Shown here one piece after another: positions 37,447 through 50,180 of a stretch of 50,180 bases of DNA; position 1 is the stretch's first letter; every line of letters starts with the position of its first letter. The DNA lies in assembly GCA_030141605.1 (NCBI GenBank), contig JAQGDQ010001276.1:1-50180 (forward strand). Direction: 5' to 3'. The notes under the pieces are model-generated. The model saw only the letters and a list, made by a program, of their open reading frames with translations. It was not told where the DNA came from and searched no databases. The translations under genes and the position numbers were made by a program. Source of the stretch: Tubiluchus corallicola. Its lineage: Eukaryota > Animalia > Priapulida.

Positions 37447-39653
37447 TTATCTTGCTCCCTATTAACGAGTGACAATATTCCTCGTGGGCAAATCTTACAA
37501 GCCGCACAAGCATGAAGATAACCCATAATTGGATCTTCACCACTCTAAACCACCAAGACTAGCATTTCTTCCCCCACTTGGCTTTTTATAATTTGTCTGT
37601 GCAGCGGCCGATATGAATGCGTTTATTGCTACTTAAACCCAATCAAAGTTCTTTGAAGTTCCGCTTTTACAACGCCTCACTGACACGGAGAAAATAGCCC
37701 ACGGGTTTAATTCCTTAATAAACTAAATCTCTTCTGAACTACTTTACACCTACGCGTTTACTTAGCCAGGCTATTCAAACAGTAACGCTTTTCCAATCGA
37801 CTTTATGTGCCTGGTGGCTTTAAGTTTACGTATTTTGTATGAGAGTGAAGTACTGAATGGAAAGAGAAAGTATAAAGAAGAACAAATAATGAACTAAACA
37901 AGAATTTTCTTACATTATTTTTATCAACTCATTTCATCAGTGTTTTTTATTATTAAAACAACGCAACTTTAATTAAAAATTTTAATTTACAACTGTTTAA
38001 AAACACGTCCAAACAGCAATCAGCTGTCATCATCAGTGGTACACTATACAAACAACAATCAGTTTGTATAGGCAGAGCTTCTACAGTATAGAAAATTATG
38101 CACTAATTATGTATTTACAAAGAAGCCAAAGTGATGAATAAACAGAGTTGTAGAAAAGAAATAGATACAGTAATAGATAGCTAAGTGTTTGAAAAAAAAG
38201 TTAATAGAATTGAACTACTTTGCATATTAAGAGAAGGCTTATTAGGGTACATAGATGAATGTTCTTTTATTAATAAGTCCCAGTTAACTTTGGACATTTT
38301 ATAAAATGGAACGACACAATTATTATTAAAAATTCTAACAGATTTATATTTATATTGCTATTATATTTAATCAAAATGTTGCTTGTTTTAATTGTAAACT
38401 AAAATTTTTAAAAGAGTTAAACTGTTAAAATTAAAAATTTGTTTATTATAACAAAATGATTATAATAAATGATGATGATGATGATGAAAATGATGATGAT
38501 GATGAAAATGACGATGACAATAATAAATTATTATAACAACATATTTTATGAAAAACTTAAACTATGAAAATGGGCGTCTAATGAAACGTAGAACCAATTA
38601 GAGACTAGAATTGTTTTTGACCTCTAAGGTCAGGAGAGGAAGAGCCATACAGCCATTCCATGTTTAAGCACCACCCCCTCAAAGCTAACAATAATAGTGT
38701 TTTATAAAGAGGCTCCTCCTAGGAGAAGTTTCTTGTGTACGTGTCAAGTTTGCCGGTAACTGCCAAGGTTTACGAAATCACGTTGATTACATAGAGGCTA
38801 GAATGTGCAGCTTCGCGTCGGCACCTTTGATCTCAGCTGTAATAATACTAAACTGCCACACCCCCCGAGCTTACAATGAACCCTCAATTTAGTAACGAAC
38901 CCGCGAACTTTCCCTGCTGGTTTATGAAGCTTGAAAATACGTGATGCTTGTTAGTCTGTTTCTCAAAACTTGATATTTAATTAGTAAATTAACTGATTAT
39001 TAGTTAATTAATTGATTAATTAATTCTTGTGCAATCGAGACTGTCGTTATAATTAGTGTGAGCGAAGGTGGGTTAATTCAGGCAAAATAATTGGGAGGCA
39101 GGAGGAAATTGTGAAAACAATGACCAAGGATGGTGGTCACGTGATATTTTTACTGTCAATTTAGCAGACAGCTGATGTGAAAAATTAAAACGTCACGTGA
39201 TGCACCTGTCCACTCTAGTGAATGTTTGCATTGTTTCTAGTTATAAGTTCAGTGAATCAGTATTATAATCAGTACTATATACACACATATATATATATAT
39301 ATGTATAACATATATATAATATATGTATGTATGTGGTTTACATTTATATATATATATATATAAAACTATAATTATAATTAATTACAAGTATAATTATGTT
39401 AGTAAGTCACAAACAGGTCTACTTTCAGGTTAATTTAATTTTATTATTATTATTATTTATAGCATATTTTTTATCTATACTATAAAATAATAAACAAAGC
39501 TTAGTTAAAAAACAGAATTAGAAATATATAAGTTGTGGAAATATTTATTTTATTTGTCTTGTACTAATATATATGTATGTGTGTATGTATGCATGTATGT
39601 GTGTGTGTATGTATGTATGTATGTATGTATGTATGTATGTATGTATGTATGTA

Positions 39654-39722
<69 letters not shown>

Positions 39723-39922
39723 ATGTATGTATGTATGTATGTATTAGCAAGTTCAAAAACTGTTCTAAGTTAAGAGAAGATTTTTGTAGAATTTTTACAC
39801 AGTTTAATATGCAATGATTTAATCATGATAAAGGAAATATTGAAAGATTGCATATTACTTATAATAATGAGGACTCTTTAATCTTTCTAGTCGCTGTAGT
39901 GCAAGCCAAATGTATGTTAGCT

Positions 39923-40523
39923 ACAATGTACCAAGTTTTTCCTGCATACGTAGGAAAGCTGTGTTTAGTCTCAGAAGTAGACTGTTTTTGAGTCAGAATA
40001 CTGTTATTAATAACTTGTTGTACAATACTGATACAATTTTTAGATACAGTGTACCAAGGTTTTCCTGCATACGTAGGAAAGCTGTGTTTAGTCTCAGAAG
40101 TAGACTGCTTCTGAGTCAGAATACTGTTATTAATAACTTGCTGTACAATACTGATACAGTTTTTAGATACAATGTACCAAGTTTTTCCTGCATACGTAGG
40201 AAAGCTGTGTTTAGTCTCAGAAGTAGGCTGTTTCTGAGTCAGAATACTGTTATTAATAACTTGTTGTACAATACTGATACAATTTTTAGATACAGTGTAC
40301 CAAGGTTTTCCTGCATACGTAGGAAAACTGTGTTTAGTCTCAGAAGTAGGCTGTTTCTGGGTCAGAATACTGTTATTAATAACTTGCTGTACAATACTGA
40401 TACAATTTTTAGATACAATGTACCAGGGTTTTCCTGCATACGTAGGAAAGCTGTGTTTAGTCTCAGAAGTAGACTGTTTCTGGGTCAGAATACTGTTATT
40501 AATAACTTGCTGTACAGTACTGA
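39923..40523. repeat. 123-bp minisatellite (mirror)
   Basis: Reverse complement of 9555-10155. Confidence 0.95.
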
Positions 40524-41973
40524 CACAGTTACACCATAACGGAATTTATTGCCGACCGGATTCGAATAAAATGTTCATTGTCAAGGCATCTAAGAGAAAG
40601 AAATTTACAAGAATTTAGACCAACACTGAAATGCAATTCAGTAGTTAGATAGACAAAACTTACTAAAGTTCTGTTATGACTAACATATTTGTTTGTTTGT
40701 GTAGTTTAGCAAAAGTTCATACTAATGAAGACAGGTAATCTGCAAGGTAAATTGTTAAATTAGCTATACAATGTTATATCATATATCTATTGGCTATCTA
40801 ACTACCGAAATGCATTTCTATGTTGGTCTAAATTCTGGTAAATTTCTTTGTGTTAGATGCCTTGGTAATGAACAGTTTGTACGAAACCGGTCGGTAATAA
40901 GTTCCACTTACAGTATAGTTACATCTATTTGCCAAATATGGATAATTCAATTCCGATACAATTATATTTTTAATTTATGGCAAGGAATTTTATATACGTG
41001 TATATAAGCCTAAGCTTATTCTGTAAACTAACTCTGTGTTTTTACTTGTGCCTTATTTTTATTGTTTTATGGACTGTAAATGTTTGAAATAAAAAATAGC
41101 CTTTCAGTCTGAAATTAAAATTAACTAAACTGTTTTTCTCAGACATGTATAAAAAATTATATATATATATGTGTATCAGACATGTATATAGACATGTAGT
41201 ATGTATAAAAAATTCAAAAGTTATTGGAGCTGTTTGAGTTCTTAGCACAACATGAAAGAGAAGGATCTTCTTACACTGACTGCTGTGCATTACTGTTTGC
41301 AATGAACAATACACCAGCACATCTACAAATTATATACATATATATGTATCAGACATGTATATAGATATGTAGTATGTATAAAAAATTCAAAAGTTATGGG
41401 AGCTGTTTCAGTTCTTGAAAGAGAAGGATCTTCTTGCACTGACTGCTGTGCATTACTGTTTGCAATGAACAATAAACCAGAACATCTACAAATTGGATAT
41501 AATCCCCGTGACCGCACACAATGCCATCACACGAGCGGTACAGCCCCAAACCGGATTATCCTCACTTCATTAAGCGCTACAAGGCGGATGCGAATGTTCC
41601 CGAATTGCCTATTTGTCGCGCGCGAAAAGGGGAAGAAATTTGGAGAATTTTGAGTGCTTGATTTGTAAGATTGAGCGGAGATCAAACGAAATTTCAACTC
41701 CAAGGTTTGTTTGTTGGTCGGCGATGAAAAGGTTGAGGAATCAGATTATCACGGGAGACGCTTGAATCCTTGCATGCATAATTAAATCAGATTGCTTGAT
41801 TAAACATTATAGCGCGGTGGCTTTGATCGTAATTCACCGCTCGACAGTATTAACCGTCACGGTATCTGTTCACAGCAGGCGATATCCTGACCAAACAACT
41901 TTGTTCATAATCATCATCATCATCGTCATTAGTGTTATTATCTCGAATGATTATAATGAACCAGTAATTGGTG

Positions 41974-42437
41974 ATGGTTTGTTTAAAGTGTGTGAGTTGA
42001 AGCAATTTTTCTCAATTCACCACCAGGGTACCTTCGTACATGGTTTGTTTAAAGTGTGTGAATTCATGCAATTTTTCTCAAGTCACCACCAGGGTACCTT
42101 CGTACATGGTTTGTTTAAAGTGTGTGAGTTGAAGCAATTTTTCTCAATTCACCACCAGGGTACCTTCGTACATGGTTTGTTTAAAGTGTGTGAACTGAAG
42201 CAATTTTTCACAATTCACCACCAGGGTACCTTCGTACATGGTTTGTTTAAAGTGTGTGAATTCAAGCAATTTTTCACAATTCACCACCAGGGTACCTTCG
42301 TACATGGTTTGTTTAAAGTGTGTGAATTAAATCAATTTTTCTCAATTCACCACCAGGGTACCTTCGTACATGGTTTGTTTAAAGTGTGTGAATTAAAGCA
42401 ATTTTTCACAATTCACCACCAGGGTACGTTCGTACAC
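41974..42437. repeat. 66-bp minisatellite (mirror)
   Basis: Reverse complement of 7645-8108. Confidence 0.95.
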
Positions 42438-42813
42438 TATAAAACACTTTTAAAATGAAGATTAAAAAATACTTACTTTAAATAGCATTTTTTATATATT
42501 TACTTGTTGTTATTTTAATAAATTTAGTACGATTTGTCGCGAATCAGCTAAATATTCGCGAGAAATGTAGGCAACAACAATTTTCTTCTTTTTTTGTTAA
42601 TGTGGAATTATTTGGCAAGGAAGCGAAGGAGTTGGGACTACTTTCTAGCAGACGGAAAGAAAACTGCTTTTGTGTTAAATTTTTTACAGAGTTTGGTGTT
42701 TTTTTGTATCTTTATGAGTTTTAATAAAAGCATTTAGAGTTCTTATTAATCCACGTGTCTGATGCATCTGTTTTCACCTGCCTGCGTTTGTTGTTTGCAG
42801 GTTGTCTGTTTTG

Positions 42814-43714
42814 TTTGAAACAAGCGCTTACCTGGATATCAGAGGGGAGACGCCCATTCCCCCCCCTCGCAAAGGTAAAGTTGTTTGAAACAAGTGCTTA
42901 TCCGGATATCAGAGGGTGGGACGCCCATTTCCCCCCTTGCAAAGGTAAAGTTGTTTGAAACAAGTGCTTACCTGGATATCAGAGGGTGGGACGCCCATTT
43001 CCCCCCTTGCAAAGGTAAAGTTGTTTGAAACAAGTGCTTACCTGGATATCAGAGAGTGGGACGCCCATTTCCCCCCTCGCAAAAGTAAAGTTGTTTGAAA
43101 CAAGTGCTTACCTGGATATGAGAGGGGAGACGCCCATTCCCCCCCTCGCAAAGGTAAAGTTGTTTGAAACAAGCGCTTACCTGGATATCAGAGGGGAGAC
43201 GCCCATTTCCCCCCTTGCAAAGGTAAAGTTGTTTGAAACAAGCGCTTACCTGGATATCAGAGGGTGGGACGCCCATTTCCCCCCTTGCAAAGGTAAAGTT
43301 GTTTGAAACAAGTGCTTACCTGGATATCAGAGGGTGGGACGCCCATTTCCCCCCTTGCAAAGGTAAAGTTGTTTGAAACAAGTGCTTACCTGGATATCAG
43401 AGAGTGGGACGCCCATTTCCCCCCTCGCAAAAGTAAAGTTGTTTGAAACAAGTGCTTACCTGGATATGAGAGGGGAGACGCCCATTCCCCCCCTCGCAAA
43501 GGTAAAGTTGTTTGAAACAAGTGCTTACCTGGATATCAGAGGGAGAGACGCCCATTTCCCCCCCTCACAAAGCTAAAGTTGTTTGAAACAAGCGCTTACC
43601 CAGATATCAGAGGGGACGCCCATTCCCCCCCCCTCGCAAAGGCAAAGTTGTTTGAGACAAGCGCTTACCTGGATATCAGAGGGGGGGGGCACCCATTTCC
43701 CCCTCGCAAAGTTA
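42814..43714. repeat. ~70-bp minisatellite (mirror)
   Basis: Reverse complement of 6368-7268. Confidence 0.95.
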
Positions 43715-43843
43715 AAGTTTTTTGTTAAATTTAATCATCAATTACCATCGGAATGTAAAAGGAGGGCATTTTCTATACGATTAGTGTTTAATCTTGTAAA
43801 TGTTTAACAGTCTTTGACGTGATCAAATGATTTGTTATTATGT

Positions 43844-44877
43844 GCTTGTATTATATTATATACAAGAATTGTATTTGCACATATTGTATTATATTATATA
43901 CGAGAATCGTATATGCACATATTGTATGGTTGTATTATATTATATACAAGAATTGTATATGCACATATTGTATTATATTATATACGAGAATCGTATATGC
44001 ACATATTGTATGGTTGTATTATATTATATACAAGAATTGTATATGCACATATTGTATGCTTGTATTATATTATATACGAGAATCATATTTGCACATATTG
44101 TATGGTTGTATTATATTATATACAAATTGATTTGATATTGTATTATATTATATACGAGAATCGTATATGCACATATTGTATGGTTGTATTATATTATATA
44201 CAAGAATTGTATTTGCACATATTGTATTATATTATATACGAGAATCGTATATGCATATATTGTATGGTTGTATTATATTATATACAAGAATTGTATTTGC
44301 ACATATTGTATTATATTATATACGAGAATCGTATATGCACATATTGTATGCTTGTATTATATTATATACGAGAATCGTATATGCACATATTGTATGCTTG
44401 TATTATATTATATACGAGAATCATATTTGCACATATTGTATGGTTGTATTATATTATATACAAGAATTGCATTTGCACATATTGTATTATATTATATACG
44501 AGAATCGTATATGCACATATTGTATGGTTGTATTATATTATATACAAGAATTGTATTTGCACATATTGTATTATATTATATACGAGAATCGTATATGCAT
44601 ATATTGTATGGTTGTATTATATTATATACAAGAATTGTATTTGCACATATTGTATTATATTATATACGAGAATCGTATATGCACATATTGTATGCTTGTA
44701 TTATATTATATACGAGAATCGTATATGCACATATTGTATGCTTGTATTATATTATATACGAGAATCGTATATGCACATATTGTATGCTTGTATTATATTA
44801 TATACGAGAATCGTATATGCACATATTGTATGCTTGTATTATATTATATACAAGAATTGTATATGCACATATTGTAT
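43844..44877. repeat. 46/38-bp minisatellite (mirror)
   Basis: Reverse complement of 5211-6238. Confidence 0.95.
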
Positions 44878-45046
44878 AAGAAATGAAATCGAAGACGAAT
44901 TAGACTTTGTTATAAAATGCCCATTTTACAATGATCTTAGAGGAAAATCATTTAATCACATCAATGTAATTATATCGGAATTTTTCCTTATGAACGATGC
45001 TGATAAATTTTTATTCTTGATGGGCAAAGTAACGATTTAGAAGTAA
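44850..45046 (+). mobile_element. Degenerate non-LTR retrotransposon ORF2 C-terminal remnant (Cys-rich zinc-knuckle-like region)
   Basis: Translation ICTYCIRNEIEDELDFVIKCPFYNDLR...DKFLFLM fits the CxxC...EDExHF...CPxYxDLR pattern at the end of invertebrate LINE ORF2 proteins. The His is replaced by Asp. Confidence 0.7.
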
Positions 45047-45050
45047 TTAA

Positions 45051-45511
45051 CCCTTTCATACCCGTTGTATCCCGTGGGATACGAGAATATTCTCTGCTTT
45101 TAAAATTAATAAAGTTTTAAAACTGACAGTTATTTGATCTGTTAATAGTTATTTTAATTTAAGCCAATAACAATAGACTAAAAATGGTGATAAAATGGCA
45201 AACTAGAAAATCTACATAGCATAAAAAACTGCGCAAGGTACAGTACTTTAGAGACGACTTTGTACAGATCAGCATAGCATGCATACTAAATGTCTTAAAT
45301 ACTTTAAAAAATTATCAGCAGTTGCAAAATGAAGCACATTTTATGCTTCCATTGAATCCCAATGTATCCCGTGGGATACAGGCTATATTTAGCACGCGGG
45401 CACAGGTAGAAAAAAAATAATTATTATGTGTAAACAAGATGGACATACTGAACAAAAGTACCAAGCCAAAAAAATTTTTCTTATTAAAAAAATAATCTGG
45501 GACTGAAAGGG
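45051..45511. mobile_element. piggyBac-type MITE (mirror)
   Basis: TTAA|CCCTTTCATACCC ... GGGACTGAAAGGG|TTAA. Confidence 0.85.
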
Positions 45512-46097
45512 TTAAGGCATTTTATTGATTATGGTGAAAAAGCGTTTTTAAGACATGATGAACAACATGCTATGTAATGATCTTGACATGATGAACAACA
45601 TGCTATGTAATGATCTTGACATGATGAACAACATGCTATATGTAATGATCTTGTCATTGAATATGAGGCCAGATGAGTGACAATTTGACAATTTATTTTA
45701 AATAATTAACTTTAATAATTAACTAATCATTAAACTTTTCATTTAAATAACTAAAATAACTAACAGAAATGATTTCATAATATTTGTTTTATCAACAATT
45801 CTTTTGTCTGTAGTGTTACCATGTTATAAAATTGAAATTGTATGTATGTGTTGTTTCCTGTATTGTGTGCATTTGTGGCACTAATAAATAAATATGAAAT
45901 ACTTATTTTGTATATCTCTGTGTTTCTTATGTATTTATTTTTTGCAATTTTATGAAAATTAGTAGAATTGCTGTTTAATCTTGTTAATGTTGTAAACCTT
46001 TTTTAACTACGTCATGATGATTTTAGATATCTTTGTGAAACGTCTTTGAATATTGTCAGTTGTGTTGCCAATAGATTTAGACGCTATACAAAATAAA

Positions 46098-46291
46098 TAT
46101 TATTATTACTATTAGTATTGTTATTTTTATTGTCATTGTTATAGTTATAGTTATTATTATTATTATAATTATTATCATCATCATCATCATCACATCATCA
46201 CCGCCGCCGCCATCGTCGTCGTCGTCGTCATCATCATCATTGTTATTATTATTACTATTATTATTATTATAATTATTATTATTACTATTAC

Positions 46292-46357
<66 letters not shown>

Positions 46358-46515
46358 TACTACTACTACTATTATTATCATCATCATCATCATCATCATC
46401 ATTATTGTTATTATTACTATTATTATTATTATTATTATTACTACTTCTATTATTATTATTATTATTATCATCATTATCATCATCATCATTATTGTTATTA
46501 TTATTATTATTACTA

Positions 46516-46577
<62 letters not shown>

Positions 46578-46600
46578 TTTAATATTATTATCATTACTAC
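46098..46600. repeat. Compound trinucleotide microsatellite (mirror)
   Basis: Directly visible. Confidence 0.97.
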
Positions 46601-47552
46601 TCATTCAGTAACAAATAGCTAAGTGTTTGAAAATAAACTTACTGCTTTGTACATTAAGAGAAGGCTTATTAGGGTACATGGATAAACTTTCTTTTATTAA
46701 TAAGTCTTTCATTCATTTAAGAATAATTTAGCAATTCAACGGTAGACAAGAAATTTGACAAAGTTTAATGATTATTATTAGCAACACTAATGAGTGTTCA
46801 CTATTAGAAAGAACTATCGAATAAATTATGTTAAAATCTGCAACTTCTCGTGAATTAAAAATATTAAGCAAGTTGTTAAGATGTCAGATTTTCAGTGCCC
46901 CAACCCAGAAAAAACTTTTAACAAATGATAGAAAATTTTATATATGGAGAATTATATTGATACGTTGCATCATCTACACAGAATCTATCAGGTAATAAAA
47001 TGAGTTGAACGAACTAAATGGATTCGCAAAGTTAAATTTTGAATTCTTTAGATTTTATTATAATTACTTGTTAATCGTTAATTTTATTCTCATTAATTTA
47101 TTAATAAGCAATTTATTACTTCTTAAACTTCTTAGTTCTGATTGTAAGCTCATCGGGAGTAGTGGATACTGTAAACTAAGCATTTATAATAATAAATTTT
47201 TAGTTTTTAAATGGAAAATATATTTATGACTAATATCAATGTTCATTAAAATATTTGGTTAGTCGTATCACCATGTAAACAGTTTAATTAATGTAACAAA
47301 TTATGATAAAGGATCGTATAATTCGTTTTGATTTTGGATTGTTATTATCAATGGAAGCAATAATATTTAATTTAAAATATAAAATCATATATGTTTAGAT
47401 AGTTATAGTTAAAACATCACAATTTTATTAAAATTTTTAATTTACATAGTTAAAAAATCATGTCAACCATTTTGACAGAGCTACTGTTGTCATCATCAGT
47501 GGTAAATACTCATCATCATACAAACAGTTTACATATGCAGAGCCTACAGTAT

Positions 47553-48700
47553 AGTATTTACCACTGATGATGACAGTATTTACCACTGATGATGACAGTA
47601 TTTACCACTGATGATGACAGTATTTACCACTGATGATGACAGTATTTACCACTGATGATGACAGTATTTACCACTGATGATGACAGTATTCACCACTGAT
47701 GATGACAGTATTTACCAATGATGATGACAGTATTTACCACTGATGATGACAGTATTTACCACTGATGATGACAGTATTTACCACTGATGATGACAGTATT
47801 TACCACTGATGATGACAGTATTTACCACTGATGATGACAGTATTTACCACTGATGATGACAGTATTTACCACTGATGATGACAGTATTTACCACTGATGA
47901 TGACAGTATTTACCACTGATGATGACAGTATTTACCACTGATGATGACAGTATTTACCACTGATGATGACAGTATTTACCACTGATGATGACAGTATTTA
48001 CCACTGATGATGACAGTATTTACCACTGATGATGACAGTATTTACCACTGATGATGACAGTATTTACCACTGATGATGACAGTATTTACCACTGATGATG
48101 ACAGTATTTACCAACCACTGATGATGACAGTATTTACCACTGATGATGACAGTATTTACCACTGATGATGACAGTATTTACCACTGATGATGACAGTGTT
48201 TACCACTGATGATGACAGTATTTACCACTGATGATGACAGTATTTACCACTGATGATGACAGTATTTACCACTGATGATGACAGTATTTACCACTGATGA
48301 TGACAGTATTTACCACTGATGATGACAGTATTTACCACTGATGATGACAGTATTTACCACTGATGATGACAGTATTTACCACTGATGATGACAGTATTTA
48401 CCACTGATGATGACAGTATTTACCACTGATGATGACAGTATTTACCACTGATGATGACAGTATTTACCACTGATGATGACAGTATTTACCACTGATGATG
48501 ACAGTATTTACCACTGATGATGACAGTATTTACCACTGATGATGACAGTATTTACCACTGATGATGACAGTATTTACCACTGATGATGACAGTATTTACC
48601 ACTGATGATGACAGTATTTACCACTGATGATGACAGTATTTACCACTGATGATGACAGTATTTACCACTGATGATGACAGTATTTACCACTGATGATGAC
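47553..48700. repeat. 22-bp satellite (mirror)
   Basis: Same length and same 4-bp irregularity as the left array. Confidence 0.98.
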
Positions 48701-49596
48701 AACAGTAGCTCTGTCAAAACGGTTGACATGATTTTTTAACTATGTAAATTAAAAGTTTTAATAAAATTGTCGTGGTTTAACTATAACTATCTAAACATAT
48801 ATCACAATGTTTATATTTTAAATTAGTTTTTATTGCTTTCATTGATGTTCCAAAATAAAATCAACATGAAATATAAGATCTTTTGTCATAATTCATTATA
48901 TAACCATTTTATTTTATTTTTTATTATATAACCTTTTATTTTAACCAGGTAGATTAAAAGTTTTAATAAAGTTGTCGTGGTTTAACTAATGTTTTCAAAT
49001 GGCTGTAATAAAAAGTTGAATTATTTAGCTAGTCTATTTAAAATTTAGCAAGTATAATATTAATGCTGCATTCGCCCCCCGTTCCTCGCGGTGGGCCCCA
49101 TTCGAAAAATAAACCCCCAATGAGACGACACTAGATCGAGACCTTTCGTTTGATGTATAGATCGCCGCAAATGGTGCCGTCGTCGAAGCTGTAGCCTCGA
49201 ATCTTATATATATATATAAATATATAAATATATTTAAAAAGAATATTAATATATAAATGACATACAGCATATTTTACATGTGCACTAGAGTTTAGAAAGG
49301 CAGTAAAGATAAAGCTTGCTTACGCATCTAACGGCGGGCTAAACGCTCTTAACGGTGCATCCCAAGCCGTGTCGGAATCTGGACTAGACCGTGGACCGCT
49401 AACTGGTGAAACTCTGAAAGTCAAAAGTTTTGTCAATTTCTTGTTACGTTTCAGTTCAAGTTTCATCATGCAAACTAGTATTTAACAAACGCTAGCATTC
49501 CGTTACACATTCAGTTTCATTGATGGGCGATTCTTGCAACCCGTTCAAAGAAAGTACACGAGTCAATGATAAAATTAGCAAGCAAAAGTCAAACAT

Positions 49597-50180
49597 AAAC
49601 AACCTCTGTGCTTTTGTTGTTTAATCCATAAACTACCACATTTCTGACAAATTTAAACTGCATTTACTAATTGTGCACTTACAGTGTGGAGAGACTTTGC
49701 AACTTTACTGCCATCTAGTGAATAGTTTAACAACCTCTGTGCTTTTGTTGTTTAATCCATAAACTACCACATTTCTGACAAATTTAAACTGCTTTTACTA
49801 ATTGTGCACTTACAGCGTGGAGAACTTTGCAACTTTACTGCCACCTAGTGAATAGTTTAACAACCTCTGTGCTTTTGTTGTTTAATCCATAAACTATCAC
49901 ATTTCTGACAAATTTAAACTGCTTTTACTAATTGTGCACTTACAGTGTGGAGAACTTTGCAACTTTACTGCCACCTAGTGAAAAGTTTAACAACCTCTGT
50001 GCTTTTGTTGTTTAATCCATAAACTACCACATTTCTGACAAATTTAAGCTGCTTTTACTAATTGTGCACTTACAGTGTGGAGAGACTTTGCAACTTTACT
50101 GCCATCTAGTGAATAGTTTAACAACCTCTGTGCTTTTGTTGTTTAATCCATAAACTATCACATTTCTGACAAATTTAAGC
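49597..50180. repeat. ~131-bp minisatellite (mirror)
   Basis: Reverse complement of the 1-590 array, with some different unit variants. Confidence 0.95.

Larger units (their letters stand above)
26518..50180 (-). repeat. Right arm of giant inverted repeat
   Basis: Reverse complement of 1-23507, starting at gtggtgtgc (26518). Net 156 bp longer than the left arm, largely from microsatellite length differences. Confidence 0.98.

Noticed and set aside
1-50180. Giant transposon or linear virus (Polinton-like) with long TIRs
   Set aside because: No polymerase, integrase, transposase or capsid ORF. The arms contain ordinary intron-exon host DNA.

Overview
AT-rich animal (probably invertebrate) genomic DNA; I see no prokaryotic genes, RNA genes or CRISPR. 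The whole window is one giant, near-perfect palindrome. The left arm (1-23507) is the reverse complement of the right arm (26518-50180), around a unique spacer of about 3 kb. Each arm carries the 3' end of the same spliced gene, so the two copies face tail-to-tail. Three phase-compatible GT-AG exons end in two DFRxxL motifs (YDFRAFLRKT...QIDFRVVLRK), which resembles a class III myosin tail. The introns are packed with minisatellites (22, 33, 38/46, 55, 66, 70, 72, 104, 123 and 131 bp units), microsatellites, TTAA-targeting MITEs and a LINE remnant. Several minisatellite units are amplified exon/splice-site cassettes that match the gene's reading phase. The terminal exon has a partial tandem copy that differs only by synonymous changes and has its own in-frame acceptor. 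Most ORFs in the supplied track are repeat artefacts. Whether the palindrome is real or an assembly/haplotype artefact cannot be decided from the sequence alone.
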